Origin: Eledone cirrhosa
Lineage: Eukaryota
Direction of reading: 5' to 3'
Length of the DNA: 64,000 nt
Assembly (NCBI GenBank): GCA_964016885.1
Contig: OZ024760.1
Location: 30,876,001-30,940,000, forward strand
The notes beneath the pieces were generated by a model that ran no database searches, was not told the DNA's origin, and worked only from the letters and a program-made list of their open reading frames with translations. The position numbers and the translations under genes are program-made. Position 1 is the first letter of the stretch. Every line of letters starts with the position of its first letter. Positions 41,501 through 56,500 of this stretch are shown here, one piece after another.

Positions 41501-44500
41501 ATGTAATGTAATGTAATGTAATGCAATGTGTAATGTAATGTAATTTAATGTGTAATGTAATGTAATGTAATGTGTAATGTAATGTAATATAATGTAATGT
41601 GTAATGTAATGTAATGTGTAATGTAATGTAACGTAATGTAATCTAATGTAATGTAATGTAATGTGTAATGTAATGTAATGTAATATAATGTAATATGTAA
41701 TGTAATGTAATGTAATGTGTAATGTAACGTAATGTAATGTAATGTAATGTAATGATTAATGGAATGTAATGTGTAATGTAATGTAATGTAATGTAATGTA
41801 ATGTGTAATGTAATGCAATGTGTAATGTAATGTAATGTAATGTAATGTAATGTGTAATGTAATGTAATGTAACGTAATGTAATGTGTAATGTAATGTAAT
41901 GTGTAATGTAATGTAATGTAATGTAATGTAATGTAATGTAATGTAACGTAAGGTAATGTAATGTGTAATGTAATGTAATGTAATGTAATGTAATGTAATG
42001 TAATGTGATATAATATAATGTAATGTAATTCAACGTGTAATGTAATGTAATGTAATGTAATGCAATGTGTAATGTAATGTAATGCAATGTGTAATGTAAT
42101 GTAATGTAATGTAATTTAATTTAATGTAATGTAATGTAATGTAATGTAATGTAATGTAATGTAATGTAATGTAATGTAATGTAATGTAATGTAATGTAAT
42201 GTAATGTGTAATGTAATGTAATGTAATGTAATGTAATGTAATGTAATGTAATGTAAAGTGTAATGTAGTGTAATGTAATGTAATGTAATGTAATGTGTAA
42301 CGTAATGTAATGTAATGTAACGTAATGTAATGTAATGTAATGTATGTAATATAATGTAATGTAATGTGTAATGTAATGTAATGTAATGTAATGCAATGTG
42401 TAATGTAATGTAATGTAATGTGTAATGTAATGTAATGTAATGTAATGTGTAATGTAATGTAATGTAATGTAACGTGTAATGTAATGTAATGTAATGTAAT
42501 GTAATGTAATGTAATGTAATATAACGTAATATGTAATGTAATGTAATGTAATGTAATGTAATGTAATGTAATGTAATGTGCAATTTGTAATGTAATGTAA
42601 TGTAATGTAATGTAATGTAATGTAATGTAATGTAACGTAATGTAATGTAATGTAATTAATGTAATGTAATGTAAAGTAATGTAATGTAATGTAATGTAAT
42701 GTAATGTAATGTAATGTGTAACGTGTAATGTAATGTAATGTAATGTAATGTAATGTAATGTGTAACGTGTAATGTAATGTAATATAATGTAATGTAATGT
42801 GTAATGTAATGTAATGTAATGTAATGTAATGTGTAATGTAATGTAATGTAATGTAATGTGTAATGTAATGTAATGTATTGTAATGTAATGTGTAATGTAA
42901 TGTAATGTAATGTTTAATGTCATGTAATGTAAGGTAATGTGTAATGTCATGTAATGTAATGTCATGTCATTTAATGTAATGTGTAATGTAATGTAATGTA
43001 ATGTAATGTAATGTGTAATGTAATGTAATGTAATGTAATGTAATGTAATGTAATATAATGTAATGTGTAATGTAATGTAATGTAATGTAATGTGTAATGT
43101 AATGTAATGTAATGTGTAATGTAATGTAATGTAATGTAATGTAATGTAACGTGTAATGTAACGTGTAATGTAATGTAATGTAATGTAATGTAGTGTAATG
43201 TAATGTAATGTAATGTAATGTGTAATGTAATGTAATATAATGTGTAATGCCATGTAATGTAATGTAATGTAATGTATAGTAATGTGTAATGTAATGTAAT
43301 GTAATGTAATGTGTAATGTAATGTAATGTGTAATCTAATGTGTAATGTAATGTAATGTGTAATGTAATGTAATGTAATGTGTAATGTAATGTAATGTAAT
43401 GTAATGTAATGTAACGTAATGTAATGTGTAATGTAATGTAATGTAATGTGTAATGTAATGTAATGTAATGTAATGTAATGTAATGTAATGTGTAATGTGT
43501 AATGTGATGTAATCTAATGTAATGTAATGTAATGTAATGTAATGTGTAATGTAATGTAATGTAATGTAATGTAATGTAATGTAATGTAATGTAATGTAAT
43601 ATAATGTAATATAATGTAATGTAATGTAATGCAATGTGTAATGTAATGTAATGTAATGTAATGCAATGTGTAACATAATGTAATTTAATGTGTAATGTAA
43701 TGTAATGTAATGTGTAATGTAATGTAATATAATGTAATATAATGTAATGTAATGTAATGCAACGTGTAATGTAATGTAATGTAATGTAATGCAATGTGTA
43801 ACATAATGTAATTTAATGTGTCATGTAATGTAATGTAACGTGTAATGTAATGTAATGTAATGTAATGTAATGTAATGTATGTAATATAATGTAATGTAAT
43901 GTGTAATGTAATGTAATGTAATGTAATGTAATGCAATGTGTAATGTAATGTAATTTAATGTGTAATGTAATGTAATGTAATGTGTAATGTAATGTAATGT
44001 AATGTAATGTGTAATGTAATGTAATGTAATGTGTAATGTAATGTAATGTAATGTAATGTAATGTAATGTAATGTAATGTGTAATGTAATGTAATGTAATC
44101 TAATGTAATGTAATGTAATGTAATGTGTAATGTAATGTTATGTAACGTAATGTGTAATGTAATGTAATGTAATGTAATGTAATGTAATGTAATGTGTAAT
44201 GTGTAATGTAATGTAATGTAATGTAACGTGTAATGTAACGTGTAATGTAATGTAATGTAATATAACGTAATGTAACGTAATGTAATGTAATGTAATGTAA
44301 TGCAATGTAATGTAATGTAATGTAATGTGTAATGTAATGTAAAGTGTAATGTAATGTAATGTAATCTAATGTAATGTAATGTAATGTGTAATGTAATGTA
44401 ATGTAATGTAATGTAATGTAATGTAATGTAATGTGTAATGTAATGTAATGTAATGTAATATAATGTGTAATGTCATGTAATGTAATGTAATGTATAGTAA

Positions 44501-47500
44501 TGTGTAATGTAATGTAATGTTTATGTAATGTGTAAAGTAATGTAATGTGTAATGTAATGTAATGTAATGTAATGTAATGTAATGTAATGTATAGTAATGT
44601 GTAATGTAATGTAATGTAATGTAATATGTAATGTAATGTAATGTAATGTAATGTAATGTAATGTAATGTAATGTAATGTAATGTAATGTAATGTAATGTA
44701 ATGTGTAATGTAATGTAATGTGTAATATAATGTAATGTAATGTAATGTGTAATGTAATGTAATGTAACGTAATGTAATGTGTAATGTAATGTAATGTGTA
44801 ATGTAATGTAATGTAATGTAATGTAATCTAATGTAATGTAATGTAATGTAATGTAATGTAATGTAATGTAATGTAATGTAATGTAATGTAATGTAATGTA
44901 ATGTAATGTAATGTAATGTAATGTGTAATGTAATGTAATGTAATGTGATGTAATGTAACGTAATGTAACGTAATGTAATGTAATGTAATGTAATGTAATA
45001 TAATGTAATGTAATGCAATGTGTAATGTAATGTAATGTAATGCAACGTGTAATGTAATGTAATGCAATGTGTAATGTAATGTAATGTAATGTAATGTAAT
45101 GTATTGTAATGTAATGTAATGTAGTGTAATTTAATGTAATGTAATGTAATGTAATGTAATGTAATGTAATGTAATGTAATGTGTAATGTAATGTAATGTA
45201 ATGTAACGTAATGTAATGTAATGTAATGTAAAGTGTAATGTAGTGTTATGTAATGTAATGTAATGTGTAACGTAATGTAATGTAATGTAACGTAATGTAA
45301 TGTAATATAATGTCTAATGTAATGTAAAGTAATGTAATGTGTAATGTAATGTAATGTAATATAATGTGTAATGTAATGTAATGTAATGTAATGTAATATA
45401 ATGTAATGTGTAATGTAATGTAATGTAATGTGTAATGTAATGTGTAATGTAATGTAATGTGTAATGTAATGTAATGTAATGTAATGTAATATAATGTAAT
45501 GTGTAATGTAATGTAATGTAATGTGTAATGTAATGTGTAATGTAATGTAATGTGTAATGTAATGTAATGTAATGTAATGTAATGTAAGGTAATGAAATGT
45601 AATGTAATGTAATGTGTAATGTAATATAATGTAATGTAATGTAATGTAATGTAATGTAATATAATGTCTAATGTAATGTAAAGTAATGTAATGTGTAATG
45701 TAATGTAATGTAATATAATGTGTAATGTAATGTAATGTAATGTAATGTAATGTAATATAATGTAATGTGTAATGTAATGTAATGTAATGTGAAATGTAAT
45801 GTAATGTGTAATGTAATGTAATGTGTAATGTAATGTAATGTAATGTAATGTAATGTAATGTAATGTAAGGTAATGAAATGTAATGTAATGTAATGTGTAA
45901 TGTAATATAATGTAATGTAATGTAATGTAATGTAATGTAATGTAATGTAACGTAACGTAACGTAACGTAATGTAATGTAATGTAATGTAATGTGTAATGT
46001 TTAATGTGTAATGTAATGTAATGTAATGTAATGTAATGTAATGTAATGTAATGTAATGTAATGTAATGTAATGTAATGTAATGTAATGTGTAATGTGTAA
46101 AGTAATGTAATGTAATGTAATATGTAACGTAATGTAATGTTATGTAATGGGTAATGTAATGTAATGTAATGTAACGTGTAATGTAATGTAATGTAATGTA
46201 ATGTAATGTAATGTGTAATGTAATGTAATGTAATGTAATGTAATGTGTAATGTCATGTAATGTAATGTAATGTGTAATGTCATGTAATGTAATGTCATGT
46301 CATGTAATGTAATGTAATGTGTAATGTAATGTAATGTAATGTAATGTAATGTAATGTAATGTAATGTAATGTGTAATGTAATGTAATGTAATGTAATATG
46401 TAATGTAATGTAATGTAATGTGTAATGTAATGTAATGTAATGTAATGTGTAATGTGTAATGTAATGTAATGTAATGTAATGTAATGTAATGTAACGTGTA
46501 ATGTAACTTGTAATGTAATGTAATGTAATGTAATATAATGTAATGTAATGTAATGTAATGTAATGTAATGTGGAACGTAATGCAATGTAATGTAATGTAA
46601 TGTAATGTGTAATGTAATGTAATGTAATGTAATGTAATGTAACGTAATGTAATGTAATGTGTAATGTAATGTAATGTAATGTAATGTAATGTAATGTAAT
46701 GTAAAGTGTAATGTAGTGTTATGTAATGTAATGTAATGTAATGTGTAACGTAATGTAATGTAATGTAATGTATGTAATATAATGTAATGTAATGTGTAAT
46801 GTAATGTAATGTAATGTAATGTAATGTAATGCAATGTGTAATGTAATATAATATAATGTGTAATGTAGTGTAACGTAATGAAATGTAATGTAATGTAATC
46901 TAATGTAATGTAATGTAATGTAATGTAATGTAATGTAATGTAATATAATGTAATGTGTTATGTAATGTAATGTAATGTAATGTGTAATGTAATGTAATGT
47001 AATGTGTAATGTAATGTAATGTAATGTAATGTAATGTAACGTGTAATGTAACGTGTAATGTAATGTAATGTAATGTAATGTAGTGTAATGTAATGTAATG
47101 TAATGTAATGTGTAATGTAATGTAATATAATGTGTAATGCCATGTAATGTAATGTAATGTAATGTATAGTAATGTGTAATGTAATGTAATGTAATGTAAT
47201 GTGTAATGTAATGTAATGTGTAATCTAATGTGTAATGTAATGTAATGTGTAATGTAATGTAATGTAATGTGTAATGTAATGTAATGTAATGTAATGTAAC
47301 GTAATGTAATGTGTAATGTAATGTAATGTAATGTGTAATGTAATGTAATGTAATGTAATGTAATGTAATGTAATGTGTAATGTGTAATGTGATGTAATCT
47401 AATGTAATGTAATGTAATGTAATGTAATGTAATGTAATGTAATGTAATGTAATGTAATGTAATGTAATGTAATGTAATGTAATATAATGTAATATAATGT

Positions 47501-50500
47501 AATGTAATGTAATGCAATGTGTAATGTAATGTAATGTAATGTAATGCAATGTGTAACATAATGTAATTTAATGTGTAATGTAATGTAATGTAATGTGTAA
47601 TGTAATGTAATATAATGTAATATAATGTAATGTAATGCAATGTGTAATGTAATGTAATGTAATGTAATGCAATGTGTAACATAATGTAATTTAATGTGTA
47701 ATGTAATGTAATGTAACGTGTAATGTAATGTAATGTCATGTAATGTAATGTAATGTATGTAATATAATGTAATGTAATGTGTAATGTAATGTAATGTAAT
47801 GTAATGTAATGCAATGTGTAATGTAATGTAATTTAATGTGTAATGTAATGTAATGTAATGTGTAATGTAATGTAATGTAATGTAATGTGTAATGTAATGT
47901 AATGTAATGTGTAATGTAATGTAATGTAATGTAATGTAATGTAATGTAATGTAATGTAATGTAATGTGTAATGTAATGTAATGTAATCTAATGTAATGTA
48001 ATGTAATGTAATGTGTAATGTAATGTTATGTAACGTAATGTGTAATGTAATGTAATGTAATGTAATGTAATGTAATGTAATGTGTAATGTGTAATGTAAT
48101 GTAATGTAATGTAACGTGTAATGTAACGTGTAATGTAATGTAATGTAATATAACGTAATGTAACGTAATGTAATGTAATGTAATGTAATGTAATGTAATG
48201 TAATGTAATGTGTAATGTAATGTAATGTGTAATGTAATGTAATGTAATCTAATGTAATGTAATGTAATGTGTAATGTAATGTAATGTAATGTAATGTAAT
48301 GTAATGTGTAATGTAATGTAATGTAATATAATGTGTAATGTCATGTAATGTAATGTAATGTATAGTAATGTGTAATGTAATGTAATGTTTATGTAATGTG
48401 TAAAGTAATGTAATGTAATGTAATGTAATGTAATGTAATGTAATGTAGAGTAATGTGTAATGTAATGTAATGTAATGTAATGTAATGTAATATGTAATGT
48501 AATGTAATGTGTAATGTAATGTAATGTAATGTAATGTAATGTAATGTAATGTAATGTGTAATGTAATGTAATGTGTAATATAATGTAATGTAATGTAATG
48601 TGTAATGTAATGTAATGTAACGTAATGTAATGTGTAATGTAATGTAATGTGTAATGTAATGTAATGTAATGTAATCTAATGTAATGTAATGTAATGTAAT
48701 GTAATGTAATGTAATGTAATGTAATGTAATGTAATGTAATGTAATGTAATGTAATGTAATGTGTAATGTAATGTAATGTAATGTAATGTAATGTAACGTA
48801 ATGTAACGTAATGTAATGTAATGTAATGTAATGTAATATAATGTAATGTAATGCAATGTCTAATGTAATGTAATGTAATGCAACGTGTAATGTAATGTAA
48901 TGCAATGTGTAATGTAATGTAATGTAATGTAATGTAATGTATTGTAATGTAATGTAATGTAATGTAATTTAATGTAATGTAATGTAATGTAATGTAATGT
49001 AATGTAATGTAATGTGTAATGTAATGTAATGTAATGTAACGTAATGTAATGTAATGTAATGTAAAGTGTAATGTAGTGTTATGTAATGTAATGTAATGTA
49101 ATGTGTAACGTAATGTAATGTAATGTAACGTAATGTAATGTAATATAATGTCTAATGTAATGTAAAGTAATGTAATGTGTAATGTAATGTAATGTAATAT
49201 AATGTGTAATGTAATGTAATGTAATGTAATGTAATATGATGTAATGTGTAATGTAATGTAATGTAATGTGTAATGTAATGTGTAATGTAATGTAATGTGT
49301 AATGTAATGTAATGTAATGTAATGTAATGTAAGGTAATGAAATGTAATGTAATGTAATGTGTAATGTAATATAATGTAATGTAATGTAATGTAATGTAAT
49401 GTAATATAATGTCTAATGTAATGTAAAGTAATGTAATGTGTAATGTAATGTAATGTAATATAATGTGTAATGTAATGTAATGTAATGTAATGTAATGTAA
49501 TGTAATATAATGTAATGTGTAATGTAATGTAATGTAATGTGAAATGTAATGTAATGTGTAATGTAATGTAATGTGTAATGTAATGTAATGTAATGTAATG
49601 TAATGTAATGTAAGGTAATGAAATGTAATGTAATGTAATGTGTAATGTAATATAATGTAATGTAATGTAATGTAATGTAATGTAATGTAATGTAACGTAA
49701 CGTAACGTAATGTAATGTAATGTAATGTAATGTGTAATGTTTAATGTGTAATGTAATGTAATGTAATGTAATGTAATGTAATGTAATGTAATGTAATGTG
49801 TAATGTGTAAAGTAATGTAATGTAATGTAATATGTAACGTAATGTAATGTTATGTAATGGGTAATGTAATGTAATGTAATGTAACGTGTAATGTAATGTA
49901 ATGTAATGTAATGTAATGTAATGTGTAATGTAATGTAATTTAATGTAATGTAATGTGTAATGTCATGTAATGTAATGTAATGTGTAATGTCATGTAATGT
50001 AATGTCATGTCATGTAATGTAATGTAATGTGTAATGTAATGTAATGTAATGTAATGTAATGTAATGTAATGTAATGTAATGTAATGTGTAATGTAATGTA
50101 ATGTAATGTAATATGTAATGTAATGTAATGTAATGTGTAATGTAATGTAATGTAATGTAATGTGTAATGTGTAATGTAATGTAATGTAATGTAATGTAAT
50201 GTAACGTGTAATGTAACTTGTAATGTAATGTAATGTAATGTAATATAATGTAATGTAATGTAATGTAATGTAATGTAATGTGGAACGTAATGTAATGTAA
50301 TGTAATGTAATGTAATGTGTAATGTAATGTAATGTAATGTAATGTAATGTAACGTAATGTAATGTAATGTGTAATGTAATGTAATGTAATGTAATGTAAT
50401 GTAATGTAATGTAAAGTGTAATGTAGTGTTATGTAATGTAATGTAATGTAATGTGTAACGTAATGTAATGTAATGTAATGTATGTAATATAATGTAATGT

Positions 50501-53500
50501 GTAATGTAATGTAATGTAATGTAATGTAATGTAATGTAATGTAATGTAATGTAATGCAATGTGTAATGTAATATAATATAATGTGTAATGTAGTGTAACG
50601 TAATGAAATGTAATGTAATCTAATGTAATGTAATGTAATGTAATGTAATGTAATGTAATGTAAAGTAATGTAATATAATGTAATGTGTAATGTAATCATA
50701 ATGTAATGTGTAATGTAATGTAATGTGTAATGTAATGTAATATGTAATATAATGTAATGTAATGTAATGTAATGTAATGTAATGTAAAGTAATGTGTAAT
50801 GTAATGTAATGTAATGTAATTTAATTTAATGTAATGTAATGTAATGTAATGTAATGTAATGTAATGTAATGTAATGTAATGTAATGTAATGTAATGTAAT
50901 GTGTAATGTAATGTAATGTAATGTAATGTAATGTAATGTAAAGTGTAATGTAGTGTAATGTAATGTAATGTAATGTAATGTGTAACGTAATGTAATGTAA
51001 TGTAACGTAATGTAATGTAATGTAATGTATGTAATATAATGTAATGTAATGTGTAATGTAATGTAATGTAATGTAATGTGTAATGTGTAATGTAATGTAA
51101 TGTAATGTAACGTGTAATGTAACGTGTAATGTAATGTAATGTAATATAACGTAATGTAACGTAATGTAATGTAATGTAATGTAATGTAATGTAATGTAAT
51201 GTAATGTAATGTGTAATGTAATGTAATGTGTAATGTAATGTAATGTAATCTAATGTAATGTAATGTAATGTGTAATGTAATGTAATGTAATGTAATGTAA
51301 TGTAATGTAATGTAATGTGTAATGTAATGTAATGTAATATAATGTGTAATGTCATGTAATGTAATGTAATGTATAGTAATGTGTAATGTAATGTAATGTT
51401 TATGTAATGTGTAAAGTAATGTAATGTGTAATGTAATGTAATGTAATGTAATGTAATGTAATGTATAGTAATGTGTAATGTAATGTAATGTAATGTAATG
51501 TAATGTAATATGTAATGTAATGTAATGTGTAATGTAATGTAATGTAATGTAATGTAATGTAATGTAATGTAATGTAATGTAATGTAATGTAATGTAATGT
51601 GTAATGTAATGTAATGTGTAATATAATGTAATGTAATGTAATGTGTAATGTAATGTAATGTAACGTAATGTAATGTGTAATGTAATGTAATGTGTAATGT
51701 AATGTAATGTAATGTAATCTAATGTAATGTAATGTAATGTAATGTAATGTAATGTAATGTAATGTAATGTAATGTAATGTAATGTAATGTAATGTAATGT
51801 AATGTAATGTAATGTAATGTGTAATGTAATGTAATGTAATGTAATGTAATGTAATGTAATGTAACGTAATGTAATGTAATGTAATGTAATGTAATGTAAT
51901 GTAATATAATGTAATGTAATGCAATGTGTAATGTAATGTAATGTAATGCAACGTGTAATGTAATGTAATGCAATGTGTAATGTAATGTAATGTAATGTAA
52001 TGTAATGTATTGTAATGTAATGTAATGTAATGTAATTTAATGTAATGTAATGTAATGTAATGTAATGTAATGTAATGTGTAATGTAATGTAATGTAATGT
52101 AACGTAATGTAATGTAATGTAATGTAAAGTGTAATGTAGTGTTATGTAATGTAATGTAATGTAATGTGTAACGTAATGTAATGTAATGTAACGTAATGTA
52201 ATGTAATATAATGTCTAATGTAATGTAAAGTAATGTAATGTGTAATGTAATGTAATGTAATATAATGTGTAATGTAATGTAATGTAATGTAATGTAATAT
52301 AATGTAATGTGTAATGTAATGTAATGTAATGTGTAATGTAATGTGTAATGTAATGTAATGTGTAATGTAATGTAATGTAATGTAATGTAATGTAAGGTAA
52401 TGAAATGTAATGTAATGTAATGTGTAATGTAATATAATGTAATGTAATGTAATGTAATGTAATGTAATATAATGTCTAATGTAATGTAAAGTAATGTAAT
52501 GTGTAATGTAATGTAATGTAATATAATGTGTAATGTAATGTAATGTAATGTAATGTAATGTAATATAATGTAATGTGTAATGTAATGTAATGTAATGTGA
52601 AATGTAATGTAATGTGTAATGTAATGTAATGTGTAATGTAATGTAATGTAATGTAATGTAATGTAATGTAATGTAATGTAAGGTAATGAAATGTAATGTA
52701 ATGTAATGTGTAATGTAATATAATGTAATGTAATGTAATGTAATGTAATGTAATGTAACGTAACGTAACGTAATGTAATGTAATGTAATGTAATGTGTAA
52801 TGTGTAATGTAATGTAATGTAATGTAATGTAATGTAATGTAATGTAATGTAATGTAATGTGTAATGTGTAAAGTAATGTAATGTAATGTAATATGTAACG
52901 TAATGTAATGTTATGTAATGGGTAATGTAATGTAATGTAATGTAACGTGTAATGTAATGTAATGTAATGTAATGTAATGTAATGTGTAATGTAATGTAAT
53001 GTAATGTAATGTAACGTGTAATGTCATGTAATGTAATGTAATGTGTAATGTCATGTAATGTAATGTCATGTCATGTAATGTAATGTAATGTGTAATGTAA
53101 TGTAATGTAATGTAATGTAATGTAATGTAATGTAATGTAATGTGTAATGTAATGTAATGTAATGTAATATGTAATGTAATGTAATGTAATGTGTAATGTA
53201 ATGTAATGTAATGTAATGTGTAATGTGTAATGTAATGTAATGTAATGTAATGTAATGTAATGTAACGTGTAATGTAACTTGTAATGTAATGTAATGTAAT
53301 GTAATATAATGTAATGTAATGAAATGTAATGTAATGTAATGTAATGTGGAACGTAATGTAATGTAATGTAATGTAATGTAATGTGTAATGTAATGTAATG
53401 TAATGTAATGTAATGTAACGTAATGTAATGCAATGTGTAATGTAATGTAATGTAATGTAATGTAATGTAATGTAATGTAAAGTGTAATGTAGTGTTATGT

Positions 53501-56500
53501 AATGTAATGTAATGTAATGTGTAACGTAATGTAATGTAATGTAATGTATGTAATATAATGTAATGTAATGTGTAATGTAATGTAATGTAATGTAATGTAA
53601 TGTAATGCAATGTGTAATGTAATATAATATAATGTGTAATGTAGTGTAACGTAATGAAATGTAAAGTAATGTAATCTAATGTAATGTAATGTAATGTAAT
53701 GTAATGTAATGTAATGTAATGTAATATAATGTAATGTGTAATGTAATCATAATGTAATGTGTAATGTAATGTAATGTGTAATGTAATGTAATGTAATGTA
53801 ATGCAATGTGTAATGTAATGTAATGTAATGTGTAATGTAATGTAATGTAATGTAATGTGTAATGTAATGTAATGTAATGTAACGTGTAATGTAATGTAAT
53901 GTAATGTAATGTAATGTAATGTAATGTAATGTAATATAACGTAATATGTAATGTAATGTAATGTAATGTAATGTAATGTAATGTAATGTAATGTGCAATT
54001 TGTAATGTAATGTAATGTAATGTAATGTAATGTAATGTAATGTAACGTAATGTAATGTAATGTAATTAATGTAATGTAATGTAAAGTAATGTAATGTAAT
54101 GTAATGTAATGTAATGTAATGTGTAACGTGTAATGTAATGTAATGTAATGTAATGTAATGTAATGTGTAACGTGTAATGTAATGTAATATAATGTAATGT
54201 AATGTGTAATGTAATGTAATGTAATGTAATGTGTAATGTAATGTAATGTAATGTAATGTGTAATGTAATGTAATGTATTGTAATGTAATGTGTAATGTAA
54301 TGTAATGTAATGTTTAATGTCATGTAATGTAAGGTAATGTGTAATGTCATGTAATGTAATGTCATGTCATTTAATGTAATGTGTAATGTAATGTAATGTA
54401 ATGTAATGTAATGTGTAATGTAATGTAATGTAATGTAATGTAATGTAATGTAATATAATGTAATGTGTAATGTAATGTAATGTAATGTAATGTGTAATGT
54501 AATGTAATGTAATGTGTAATGTAATGTAATGTAATGTAATGTAATGTAACGTGTAATGTAACGTGTAATGTAATGTAATGTAATGTAATGTAGTGTAATG
54601 TAATGTAATGTAATGTAATGTGTAATGTAATGTAATATAATGTGTAATGTCATGTAATGTAATGTAATGTAATGTAATGTATAGTAATGTGTAATGTAAT
54701 GTAATGTAATGTAATGTGTAATGTAGTGTAATGTGTAATCTAATGTGTAATGTAATGTAATGTGTAATGTAATGTAATGTAACGTAATGTAATGTGTAAT
54801 GTAATGTAATGTAATGTGTAATGTAATGTAATGTAATGTAATGTAATGTAATGTAATGTAATGTAATGTAATGTGTAATGTGTAATGTGATGTAATCTAA
54901 TGTAATGTAATGTAATGTAATGTAATGTGTAATGTAATTTAATGTAATGTAATGTAATGTAATGTAATGTAATGTAATGTAATGTAATATAATGTAATAT
55001 AATGTAATGTAATGTAATGCAATGTGTAATGTAATGTAATGTAATGTAATGCAATGTGTAACATAATGTAATTTAATGTGTAATGTAATGTAATGTAATG
55101 TGTAATGTAATGTAATATAATGTAATATAATGTAATGTAATGTAATGCAATGTGTAATGTAATGTAATGTAATGTAATGCAATGTGTAACATAATGTAAT
55201 TTAATGTGTAATGTAATGTAATGTAACGTGTAATGTAATGTAATGTAATGTAATGTAATGTAATGTATGTAATATAATGTAATGTAATGTGTAATGTAAT
55301 GTAATGTAATGTAATGTAATGCAATGTGTAATGTAATGTAATTTAATGTGTAATGTAATGTAATGTAATGTGTAATGTAATGTAATGTAATGTAATGTGT
55401 AATGTAATGTAATGTAATGTGTAATGTAATGTAATGTAATGTAATGTAATGTAATGTAATGTAATGTAATGTAATGTAATGTAATGTAATGTGTAATGTA
55501 ATGTAATGTAATGTAATGTAATGTAATGTAATGTAATGTGTAATGTAATGTTATGTAACGTAATGTGTAATGTAATGTAATGTAATGTAATGTAATGTAA
55601 TGTAATGTGTAATGTGTAATGTAATGTAATGTAATGTAACGTGTAATGTAACGTGTAATGTAATGTAATGTAATATAATGTAATGTAACGTAATGTAATG
55701 TAATGTAATGTAATGTAATGTAATGTAATGTGTAATGTAATGTAATGTGTAATGTAATGTAATGTAATCTAATGTAATGTAATGTAATGTGTAATGTAAT
55801 GTAATGTAATATAATGTAATGTAATGTAATGTAATGTAATGTAATGTGTAATGTAATGTAATGTAATATAATGTGTAATGTCATGTAATGTAATGTAATG
55901 TATAGTAATGTGTAATGTAATGTAATGTTTATGTAATGTGTAAAGTAATGTAATGTGTAATGTAATGTAATGTAATGTAATGTAATGTATAGTAATGTGT
56001 AATGTAATGTAATGTAATGTAATGCAATGTGTAACATAATGTAATTTAATGTGTAATGTAATGTAATGTAACGTGTAATGTAATGTAATGTAATGTAATG
56101 TAATGTAATGTATGTAATATAATGTAATGTAATGTGTAATGTAATGTAATGTAATGTAATGTAATGCAATGTGTAATGTAATGTAATTTAATGTGTAATG
56201 TAATGTAATGTAATGTGTAATGTAATGTAATGTAATGTAATGTGTAATGTAATGTAATGTAATGTGTAATGTAATGTAATGTAATGTAATGTAATGTAAT
56301 GTAATGTAATGTAATGTAATGTAATGTAATGTGTAATGTAATGTAATGTAATGTAATGTAATGTAATGTAATGTAATGTGTAATGTAATGTTATGTAACG
56401 TAATGTGTAATGTAATGTAATGTAATGTAATGTAATGTAATGTAATGTGTAATGTGTAATGTAATGTAATGTAATGTAACGTGTAATGTAACGTGTAATG

